A stretch of 63,088 nucleotides of DNA, filler included, from Thelocarpon superellum (lineage: Eukaryota): NCBI GenBank assembly GCA_026025795.1. It is 4 parts of 4 records of this genome, joined end to end, with 100 filler letters (N's around TTAATTAATTAA, not from the genome) between each part and the next. Parts side by side here need not be neighbours in the genome. Positions count along the whole stretch, not along the records: positions 1 to 15,709 come from JAPEUG010000404.1; positions 15,810 to 31,517 come from JAPEUG010000405.1; 2 more parts are not named here. One strand, 5' to 3'. The translations under genes and the position numbers were made by a program. The notes beneath the pieces are model-generated. The model did no database searches, was not told the DNA's origin, and was given only the letters and a program-made list of their open reading frames with translations. Below, piece after piece: positions 13,061 to 23,271 of the stretch (the stretch's first letter is position 1; each line of letters begins with the position of its first letter).

Positions 13061-13687
13061 TCAGTCACATGTACCCTCTCCTCTATTCACATCCGCCTCT
13101 GACTCTGGAGTGGTTGGAGCGTGTGAATGGGTGAGCGACTTGGGCGAGGTTGATGAGGGATGGGGGGAAAGAGAGGAGAAAAAGATGAAACACATCCATA
13201 GATAAAACACAGGAATGAAAATTGCCGAAAAACAAAGAGGACGATAGATGGACGTCATCGATGAGTGCGCCAAGGACCCACCCTGGAAGCGCCTCATCGA
13301 GATGGTTGAAGCAAACGACGAGCTTGACAAGGACGCTGCGACACTCCCTTATCAGCAGATCCACAGACTGCTGCACCACATCGACATCGAGCGGGGATTG
13401 CGCCTCAGCATTCCCAACAGCCTTGTCAACGAGGTCTTCCAGCTTGCACACAACGAGATGGGCCACCTGGGATACACACGCACACACAGACATCTGACTC
13501 AAGGGTCATACTTGCTTGGCCTCTCACAGAAGCCCCACAACTACATTCGAAATTGCCTGGAATACCAGCTATGTCAGACACCACAACGACAGCCTTATAG
13601 ATCCCTACAGCCAACCCTCATCCTGCCACAGCTGTTCTATACAATATCGATCACTTCATCACTGGCCTTCCTATCAGCTCGCCAGAG

Positions 13688-13918
13688 TGTGAGGACGAGG
13701 CTTTAGGCGGAAACAGTAGACGTCGTCAGTAGGAGTTGACTCTGTGGCTCCTTAGGGCTCATAGACCTATTCCTAGCCTCCTCGTACTACTCGAGTTGAA
13801 GGCTGGGGTTCTGCTAGCTCGCAGCGGGACTTGTTTTATATACAGCGTGCCAGATCACGTTCTGTATCACGTGACCTCTCCTATCCTCGCGGCGAGGCGG
13901 GGAGCTCCCGGCCTCACA
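13688..13918. mobile_element. Solo LTR (231 bp) nested in the gypsy integrase
   Basis: Termini TGTGAGG...CCTCACA (7-bp inverted); flanks CAGAG/CAGCG (5-bp TSD, 1 mismatch); removal restores TGLPISSPE-RHNCIMSVINKF. Confidence 0.8.
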
Positions 13919-14209
13919 CAGCGCGTCATAACTGCATCATGTCAGTCATCAACAAGTTCAAGGAGGCTGTCACATTCGTCCCTGGAACTATTGCAGTATC
14001 TGGAAAAGACTGGGCTATACGCCTACTCAATCAGCTCGCTCTTGTCAGCTGGGAGTTACCACACACCATTGTATCAGACCATGATGTCTGATTCGTCGCC
14101 AGCCTGTGGTGAGAGATTTTCAATCAGTTGAATGTACATCTTCTCTGTTCGACAGTGTACCACGCACCGAATGACAGAAACTCCAAGGTGACAGACCAAA
14201 TGATACGCA

Positions 14210-14538
14210 TGAGGGTCCGCGAAGAGTCACGTGGCTACATGACTAAGCGAGGCGGAGCCTCGCTAGTCATTAGCCCCGCTTCCATTCCACGAACCTCTCT
14301 TCTTCTCCTTAAGTTCAGTGTTACTAGAATCGTGACCTCAATTAATGAATCAATTCCCTACGAACGTTACACCAAACTTCTGAGATCGCTATGCAGTTGT
14401 CACAGACGTACCTGACATCAGGAGGTTAGCCTACAAACGCTAGCTTACGTCACGTAGTATGACGATTACGCGTACTACGCGTACACCTATTAAGCCATTA
14501 CGCTCGATTTCGAGCTCTAGGTCATGGAACCACCCTCA
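14210..14538. mobile_element. Second solo LTR (329 bp) nested in the gypsy integrase
   Basis: Termini TGAGGGT...ACCCTCA; flanks ACGCA/ACACA (5-bp TSD, one transition); removal puts the ORFs at 14128 and 14627 in the same frame. Confidence 0.75.
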
Positions 14539-15709
14539 ACACACCATTCGTTCCGCCTATGTGTTGCAGTAGTACTACCTGGTAACGTTAAAGAACATCA
14601 ACACATGGCACACAGTTCTCCCATGCATGCAAGCACCATCGAACAACACCGTCAACTCAGCCACCGAGAAGACACCAACAGAGATACTATACAGTTTTCG
14701 CACCTGCAAGCTGTTGGACCTCATGCATGTGAACGAGTTGCCAGCAGATGACGTACGATATGACCACCACAGTCGACTGTTTGACAACACAGCCACAAAC
14801 AGCTCAGAGTTGGCTGTGGTCAACTTCACCAGTGCGACGGTGAGAAACAATATGACGTTGATTGCTGACAAAATCGTCGCCGCGCTCCCAGCTGTACCAC
14901 CGGCGCAGATCGACAGCTATTGCCCGAGTCTGATCGATGCGAAAGACGCTGTTGCGTTCGCTGTGCTCGAAGTGAAGTGGTACTACGAGACCGCTTGTCA
15001 ACCACGAGACTCCCAGGTTGGAGACGCTGTTCTCCTACAGCTACACTGTGGCTACTCCCTCCCTGGTGTACCCAACCAGAAGCTTGAGCAACAAGTTGTC
15101 AGGCCGCTTCACATGGTAGAACGTGTGGGATGTTTGGTGTACCGCCTGCACCTTCCTGCCAACTGGAAGATCCACGATGTCATCTCTGTGGCTCACCTAG
15201 AGCCGGCCACTACAACAGAAGACGACCTGTTCCACTGGCCGCGTCCTCATCACCCACCCGCAGTGACCGTCGACAGTGAGCAGGAATGGAAGATCGAACA
15301 GATCCTCCACTAGCGAACGCAACGACAAGGACGTGGGCTCTCCACAGATTATCTCGCACGCTGGAAGGGGAACAGGCCGGAGCATGACGCGTGGTACTCG
15401 AGGAAGGGCCTGGGCAACGCTCGCGACCTCGTCGATGAATTCGAAGTGACGGACGTGCCGACGGACATGCTGGCCGAACCAGCAGCGACAAGATGTGACG
15501 CCCAATGCCACCCTCCTCGCCGATTTGCCCAAGAACGACCTACAGCCCCTCCGTTGCTACACGTGTGCAGCGCGACCCATCGTTGGTACAACCCGTCGCT
15601 GCTACCGCCATCGAGGCGATGGCCTCTCTAGAAGGGGAGGTGATTGTCATATTCGCATGACGCACGGTCGAACCGTATATAAGCGTAGTTGCTAAGTTGA
15701 CGAAGCATC

Positions 15710-15809
15710 NNNNNNNNNNNNNNNNNNNNNNNNNNNNNNNNNNNNNNNNNNNNTTAATTAATTAANNNNNNNNNNNNNNNNNNNNNNNNNNNNNNNNNNN
15801 NNNNNNNNN
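15710..15809. other. Artificial contig linker (N44-TTAATTAATTAA-N44)
   Basis: Six-frame stop linker inside N runs; identical 100-nt structure at three places. Confidence 0.98.
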
Positions 15810-17110
15810 ACCGTCGACAGTACCGGCCTCACGATCGGATTCGGGTACTGCATCAGCCCTGGATTGTTCGACTCCACTTGCCGCGGATGCGTCAGCTGCA
15901 CAGGTCTCGGATTCGGATTCGGATACGGATACGGATTCGGATTTGTGTGCGGGTTCCGATACGCCATTTGCCCTTGAGGCATCGAAAGCACTGGACCCTG
16001 GGGGGTGTACTGCATCTGCTGCGGATGTGGGTACTGCATCTGCTGCGGATGTGGGTACTGCATCTGCTGCGGATGTGGGTACTGCATCTGCTGCGGATGT
16101 GGGTACTGCATCTGCTGCGGATGTGGGTACTGCATCCCCTGCTGGCCGGTGTACTGCAATCCCGCCTGGTCGGTGTACTTCCCCGGGCCAGTGAACTGCA
16201 TCCCTTGCTGGCCTGTGTACGGCGTCTGCCACTCGTTGGGGGACTGCCCCGGCAGCTGGACTGTTGCATGCGCAGCCCACATTGGGTTTGTGCGCTGGTT
16301 CAGCCCTTGGCTCGTGGGCTGTCCCCGCCCCGGATTGATCATCGAGACATCCCCGGGATTCGTCGGCTGCATCTGGCTCGAGTACGGGTTGGTATACCGT
16401 GTCGGTCGTTGGTTCATGGGCTGGACTCGGCCTGGTACCACCGACTGCACTTGCCCGAGGTTGTGGCTCGAGTACTGGACTCGCTCTGGATTCATCGACG
16501 GCTGGGGAGCGGCAACGTATTCATGCTCGACCTGCGCCGACGCACCGATGTTCATGCTATGTACGGGCTCTGCACACCATCTCAGCGATCCTCTCGCTGA
16601 GGTGAGATCCAAGGAAGCAGGGCCACGACCCGTCCCCTTGGAGGCAACGAGACGACGGAAGATGGAGGAAAGGAGGAGGGTTGCATGGGGGAAACGGCTT
16701 ACCACGACGAGCGGATGCAGGCACCCAGGTGTCCAGATCGATGATTTCGACAGCTCGAGCCGCCGGGGGATGACTTCATCCCCAAGGTCAGCTGCGCCGT
16801 CTCCCACACGCCGTTTCCCACGTGGAGACGAGGAGGATCGGGGTAAGACTTACCCTGGTCCATGCTGCACGGTCGGAGATGGCTCGACCGTGGACGGCCA
16901 GCGCGAGGCGCGTGGATCGACCTCGATGGAGGTGGGGTGGAGCAGGTTACGGAGATGGGGATCATGCGAGGCTCGGTGGTTGGCATGGTGGGGCCGCCAG
17001 CTCGAGCCTCGGATGAAGGAGGCGGACGGGGATGGACCAGGAGCGGCCTCATCGCGCTGGTGGATACGGGGATCACCCGCGGGGTCGTGCTGCTGGTGCC
17101 CACGCTCCAT
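15810..17110 (-). CDS. Q/P/Y/M-rich low-complexity protein with QQMQYPHP repeats, 3' end cut by contig edge; exons 17110-16854, 16773-16703, 16596-<15810
   Basis: ATG 17110; GTAAGT..GCTGAC..AAG and GTAAGC..CTCAC..CAG introns give one continuous frame into the repeat-bearing ORF. Confidence 0.6.
16007..16136 (-). repeat. 24-bp coding tandem repeat, about 5.4 copies (QQMQYPHP)
   Basis: Unit gtactgcatctgctgcggatgtgg repeated perfectly on the + strand. Confidence 0.95.
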
Positions 17111-19423
17111 CTTGGGGACGTGGCACAGCGAGACGCACTGGTGGTGCAGGAAGCAGCGTGCTTGAGCTGCGAAGAGGATCGGAGAGCGGCAAGGACGATC
17201 AGAGAGCAGCGAGGAGGATCAGATCTGGTTCTACCGACCGTCGTGGCTCGAATCGAAACGGAGATGGACGAGCACAATCAAGGAAGACGAGCAAAATGTC
17301 CTATTCAAAGCTGATGGGGGAACCACCACAAGTCTAAATTCCTACTACCTGAGTGACGGTATACTAGAAGCAACATTCACGCCTCCCAAGGTGAATCTCA
17401 GGGTGTTAGAGCAACGGGTGATGGCCCACGCGCCATGACGTGTCGGCTGTGTTGATGCCCCTTTTCCCACGACACACGCACCACCATCTTTGGCGAGAGC
17501 CGCATTCACCTACACCAGATCGGCGCTGCACGAGCCGCACGAGGCTGGTGTTCGAGGAGCATGCCGAAGCTCTCCGTGTCATCGAGTCATCATTGCGGCC
17601 TATGCGTTGCCGGGCGGATCTGCGTCCGTGCCCGTCGCGATGTGGTATCACGAACCTCCCATCACGTCTTTGATGAGGACGGACGCTTTTGGCCCCTTGG
17701 CACGCGTCTGTTCTACGTTTCCTCACGCTGTACATGTGTGCAATGACACGGCGAGGATCTGGCTTGCGTCCCCCCTTCCCCTCTCCCCTTCGTTGTCCTT
17801 CCTACTTCTATGGCAGGCGATCGTCGATCCAGTCGTGCCCACGTTTTCCAGGAATAGATCATCGCAGGAGTTTCTCCCCTAGCTTCCATGGATCCAAAGC
17901 ACATGAGGTATTTACAGGGACTCGACGGTTGACGGGCAAGGATTCCCCCATAGATCTTTCGATACCAGCTAGTAGCTGTCAGGCCGTGTGTTCACCGGGT
18001 CTTGTGGCGACGTCGTGGCCGAGAGGCGTCCGTCAGTGTAAAGTTTCGCTCGCTGACCCACGCTAAATCTTCGGCTACGTTGCCGCTTTGGGCATGGTCA
18101 GGGTCTCGGCAGTTGCTGACCCTCCAGCCCCGCCGTTGTGTCTGCTGGCTCGCCCTGGTCGGCGTCCCACCTGTACCGGCCCCGCCCCGTCCCAATAACA
18201 GAGTGGCGCATACCAGCGAGCGGCGAGCGGCCCACGGCGAGCTTCTGCGTCACTTCCAGAAACACGACCCTCCACCGTCACAGGTGAAGGCGCTGCCTTG
18301 TTCATGGTGGCTCATGAGCGGCGTGGATGATGAGCACCCGCAAGGCCCCCTAAACCCATTCCACCCGTCGTACCTTACTGCACCCGCCTTCAGAGAGAGA
18401 TTCGAACCAGACCACAGCTCGAACACGGTGATCCACCAGCGAGCAACGTCATGCCTCGATGACGAGGGATGCACAATACCTGCACAGACGAAGCACTGGC
18501 CGACGTGGGAACAGGACAATCTCTCCATTTTCACGGCTTGGACGAGCGTGCACAGTTCGATTGTAAACTTACCACGGACGCTGGGTGGTGCTGGGCCCCC
18601 CGGTGGACTGTGAGGCCGGGCGACACGGATCACCATCGTGGACTGCTCGCCTCTTCGGCCTCGGCCCCTTACCGAGGTGGCTCGGTAGGGGGGCACTGGT
18701 CACCAATGACACCAAAATGACTCAAGCGAGCCAGGGTTGCCATTGCGCGCCCCGAGTGTGACCTGAATCCAGGGAAAGCCAAACACGACCCAGTGGCTGG
18801 ATGGCGGTGTCTGTGCTGTGCAAAGCCCTCACCTACTCATGGCCACAACGCCTGGATGTTGGGGAATCTGGCATCGCCCTCACGGCGGGTGCAATGCGAG
18901 ATCGGTGCCTTGGATGCATGTCGATCTGGTGCGCGGAAGCAGTCGGCTGTCCGCCGTGGCCGCCGCTCAGCGGCATCGGATGACCCGGTGCTGCGTCGCC
19001 GATCACGATCGCCAACAGGGATGTTGGGAGGTCCCCCGTACGAGGACGAGTACTCGCATTCGCACTCGCACTCGCACTTGTACGTGATCTGGTATGGCGG
19101 GCGCTGCACAGCGTGACTGGGTGTGCTGGTGTGCAGGGATGCCCGCTATCACGAGGCTGGTGGGCGGGCGGTGCGCGATAGACTTCTCGGCTCTTTGGCG
19201 ACCTGCCACCGGCCACTCGCCTATGCACCGTGCTGCCAACCTCGTCCGAGCGTCGATCCACCCCTCCACCCCTCCTCCCCTCCACCCCTCCACGGCCTTA
19301 GGCCTCACCTCTCCGCCGAGCGGGCCAGGAGGGTCCGGAGCAATTAATAGGCCAGCATTCCTCCCCTCGCGCCGCCTGCATGATGAGTTGTTGTGCATGG
19401 CGGCTAGGCGGGCCACGCATTCC

Positions 19424-22079
19424 ATGGACGAGATGGATCGCGAGCCTCCCCTCCGCACCGTGAACTGTGAGTCGTCGTCGCCAGTGTCACCGGTCTCTTC
19501 CTTGCCTGAGCCCTCCCTGACCACGCTTCCATTGGCAGTCAGCACGCCGCGCATCCAGCGCCAGCCCTCTCGTCAGTCCTTGACCGTGTCCGATGACTAC
19601 CATTCCTTGGCCGAGCGGGCCTCCATCTCGAGCTTCGACGATCGCACCACCGTCATCCGCTGGCAGACGCCCCCGCCCGAGTCGCGACCTACCAGCAGCA
19701 GCTATGAGACGCTGCAGAAAGACCAGGACCGCATGATCAAGCAGTCGGAAAACCTCGCAGCGTCCTCGTCCGAGCCCGTCTTTGTCATCTACGACGAACC
19801 CGTGCGCGCCCGGGACCAGGACCGCATCGAGCCCATTCCCCTGCGGCCCGCCGCCATCCCTCTGGCACCCAACCCCATTGCCGATCGGTCCAAGGCCGCG
19901 CACAGTCCCGCGCGTGGCCTGACCCCCGGCACCGACGACACGCCCTATATCCAATACGCCATCAACCAGCTCACCCGCGAACCCGAGCCGCCCCTACCGC
20001 CTTTGCCGCCGCTCCCCCGCGCGCCGCAGGCCCGCGCAGCGCAGCCCCGCGCAGCGCAAGCCGGTGCTTTCGGGTTCGAAGACATCGTCCCCAATGCCGA
20101 CGCCGACGCCGACACCGAGGTCGACGATCCGCCGCGCGGTCGGGCCTTGCCACGGCCCCCGGAGCGGCCCATCTCGTCTGGTGAGCGCCTCCACCTTGGC
20201 TCGTATGCCGTGATTGTCCCCATGCTGACCCGGGACAGACAAGCCCGAGATCTTCATCCCCGTGGACGAACCGGAGGATGCGCGCAGCTTTCCCGCCTTG
20301 ACCGCGATCCCGGCCATCTTGCACCCGGTGTCGCTGATGAGCCTCGCGGTGCTGTGCCTGCTCGAGATGGCCGCGCTCGTGACGAGCGTGGTCTGGTCGC
20401 AGCGGCATCATGGAGTGGACGACTACGATGGCGATGGCGGTCGGCGGTATTTCATCTTTGAGTTCTTGCCCCAGATCGTCGCCGCCGTGATCCTGGTGTA
20501 CATCCTGTCGGTGCAGACGGCCATGACGCGCGTCATGCCCTTTCTCTCCATGGCCTCGCACAGCGCGCGCCAGCGCTCGAGCGCACTGCAGATGGACCTC
20601 TTTCCCACCGACTTCGTCCTGCCCCGCTGGTCCTACTTCCGCGCTGGGCACGTGGTCGTCGGCACGTGCTTCGTCATCTTCTGGCTGTCGCTCTTCACCC
20701 TCCCCCTGCAGGCCTCGCTCTTCCAGGCGCAGCTCCTCGTCGTCGATGGCGAGTACCTCTGGCGTTGGGTCACGGTCCGCCCCATCGCGGAGCTCCTGGC
20801 CATCCTGTACGGCCTCGTGGCCGTGGCCTGCATTGCCAGCGTCATCTTCTTCTTCCGCCGGCGCACGGGGCTGAAGTGGGATCCGACCTGTCTGGCCGAC
20901 CTCATCCCGCTGATCCAGCGATCCAACAGTCTCGCCGACTACCGCTCGTCCGAGACCTTTTCGAGCATCCACGACTTCGGCAAGCGGCTGGCCGTGCGCA
21001 GCGATCGTTTGGGCTACTGGCGCACCCGCGATCCCGCCTCGCGCATCTTCTACGCCCTGGGCGAGGAGGGCGCGCCCCTCCGCACGTACTCGCTCAGGCA
21101 CGGCAAGGTGATGCCGATCGCGCCCGAGCCGCAGGAGCACAGCGACTCGGACGGGGAGGTGGAGGCGCAGGCGCAGGCGCCGGTGGCATCGTCGACGGCC
21201 TCGTCGCTGCAGGCCAAGATCTATTCGCCCGCGGTCCGGTATCGCTTCGTGCCCTGGTTCCTCCGCGACCGCTACCTCCTGGGGTGGATCGTCGTCGCGT
21301 GCGCGCTCTTTCTCGCCTTCGTCGTGGCCAGCTTCGTCAAGCACGCGCTCGCCGTGGGCTTCTACCCCCTCTTGGGCACGACACCGAACCCGCTCGGCTT
21401 CTCGCCCGGCGGCTTCCTCTACAGCTTCGTGCCCTGCCTCATCGGGCTGATGCTGTTCCTCGCCTGGCAATCCGTCGACATGCGCTTTCGCGCGCTGCAG
21501 CCCTTTGCGCACCTGGCCGGTCCCCAGGGCACGTCGGCGGAGAAGAGCCTGCTGCTCGACTATCCGAGCTGCCTGCCCCTCGAGGTGACGGTCAAGGCGG
21601 CGGCGCTGGGCGACTTTCGCGTGGCGTGGATCTCGTTCCTGGGCCTCCTGTGCCTGGTCCTGCCCATCATCGCCGGCGGCCTGTTCTTCGCCGTGTACGT
21701 GCCGGAAGCCAACGAGGTGCGCATGGTCACCAGCCTGTCGGCGCTGTACACGCTCGTCGCCTTCCTCGCCCTCTACCTCCTGTCCCTGTTCCTGCTGCGC
21801 CCGGGACCGGAGCGCCATCTCCCCCACGACATTCGCAAGCTGGCCGAGGTCATCAGCTTCATCTACCAGAGCCCCCTGCTCACCGACCCGGCCTTTCGCC
21901 ATCCGCGCAGCAAGGTGGATCTGGTGACGCGGCTGCTGAGCGTGGCGCAGCGGAAAGACGAGGAGGTGAGGTATGCGTTTGGCGTGTTCCGCGGCCGCGA
22001 TGGCAAGGAGCATCTCGGCGTGGACCGCCTCCATCGGCCCGGTGCCGACATGATTGTCACGACGGGACGGATCCGATGA
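19424..22079 (+). CDS. Multi-pass membrane protein, DUF3433-like; intron 20181-20238; start codon uncertain
   Basis: DDTPYIQYAINQLT, TGLKWDPTCLADLI, SLLLDYPSCLP motifs and many hydrophobic segments; GTGAGC..GCTGAC..ACAG intron joins the two ORFs in frame. Confidence 0.75.
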
Positions 22080-22414
22080 GGCACGTCCGCTACGCTTTAC
22101 GTTTCTTCCACGACACACGCATGATGCTTATGGATCCCACGACGGACGAGACGAGACGGGACGAGACGGGACGAGGCGGGACGAGGCGGGAGCACGGCCT
22201 TGACGACCGCGCAGAGTGACGAGATCTCGGTCAGATATCCGCGTCGATGTGATTCTGGTGCGCTTGGATGATACTGCGGAGTCATACGGGACGCGATGCA
22301 TTGGGGTTCATCGAAGGACGGGAATACACGGAGCACCAGGCAGCACCGGGCAGCACCAGGCAGCACCCTGGAGCGGCGTAAGACACGGAGTCGACGGACA
22401 TAATGTATGATAGC

Positions 22415-22972
22415 TCAAGCGCCGTCCATAGTCTGCATCAAGTGCGACGATATCTTGGCCCCTTCCGTGTCGGTCCCATCCTTCCCCTGCGCCTTGCGTC
22501 CCGCGATGCCATCTCGGTTGGCCCGCCAGACGCCCCCGTCGGCGAACTCCTCCCGCTTCCACACCTCGACCTTGGCCTTGCACTCTTCCAGCGCCGCTTG
22601 CGCCGCCCGCCAGGCCTCGTGTCGATGTGGCGCGCTCACGGCGATGATGATGCTCTCCTGCCCGATGGGCACCTCGCCCAGCCGATGGGTGATGGCGATG
22701 CCGGTGAGCCCATGCTGCACATGGACGGCCTGGGCCACCGACCGTAACGTGTGTAGCGCCAGGGGGACGTACGCGGTGTAGGTGAGGGACTGCACCGGTT
22801 TGGCGTCGAACGAGTCGCGCGTCGTCCCGACGAAGAGCACGATGGCGCCGGCGCGGGGACTGCGCACTTGGTCCATGACGGACGGCACCGACAGCGGCGC
22901 CTCCGTGAGAGAGACGGTGACGGGGCCTTCGGACCGCGTGTGGGTCGCGGGTGGCGTGGGACCGTCGGCCAT
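22415..22972 (-). CDS. MOCS2B: Molybdopterin synthase catalytic subunit (MoaE/MOCS2B/CnxH)
   Basis: AGAIVLFVGTTRD, HRLGEVPIGQESIIIAVSAPHR, KAKVEVWKREEF. Confidence 0.95.
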   Translation of the reverse strand: MADGPTPPATHTRSEGPVTVSLTEAPLSVPSVMDQVRSPRAGAIVLFVGTTRDSFDAKPVQSLTYTAYVPLALHTLRSVAQAVHVQHGLTGIAITHRLGEVPIGQESIIIAVSAPHRHEAWRAAQAALEECKAKVEVWKREEFADGGVWRANRDGIAGRKAQGKDGTDTEGAKISSHLMQTMDGA

Positions 22973-23271
22973 CTTGCCTCCGCGGCTCGTGTCGCCCGCT
23001 CGCCCGCTGATTCTCACACCATCGACTTGCTCTCAAATAGACGTCAGGTCATCCTTGTGTAGTCTCTAGACGTCACTTCGTTCGAGTGATCAGCGACGTA
23101 GTGTAGTCCCACGTGGGGACTCGAGCCAGGGTCAGACGGCGGGGGAGGAGGACGATGCCAAGGTCGAGGTCGAGGTTTCCTCGGTTCGCCTCGACGACGT
23201 GTCTCCGTCTCTTCTTCCTCCTGCTCCTCTCCATCGTGCAAGAGGCCCTTTTCTTCCTCGATCCCTTCAGC

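Larger units (their letters stand above)
13220..15709 (+). mobile_element. Degenerate 5'-truncated Ty3/gypsy (chromovirus) LTR retrotransposon: integrase, chromodomain, PPT and start of 3' LTR
   Basis: HNEMGHLG...YIRNCLEYQLC (integrase zinc finger), IVSDHDV*F and STVYHAPND (rve core), WKIHDVISVAHLEP, EWKIEQIL..YLARWKG..EHDAW (chromodomain); PPT AGAAGGGGAGG at 15630-15640 then TGTCAT at 15645; premature stops; cut by contig end. Confidence 0.9.

Noticed and set aside
15754..15765. TTAATTAATTAA palindrome, also at 31562 and 47369
   Set aside because: Synthetic six-frame stop linker between contigs, not biology
16005..17165. Plus-strand Cys-rich ORF (CCGCGYCI repeats) resembling a metallothionein
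   Set aside because: Antisense shadow of the QQMQYPHP repeat; starts at GTG, while the minus strand has coherent splice signals
17340..19200. Assorted 60-200 aa ORFs
   Set aside because: No recognisable motif or consistent splice model
19971..22219. Long antisense or alternative-frame ORFs over real genes (also 41206-43763)
   Set aside because: Expected from high GC3 and few stop codons; no protein-like motifs
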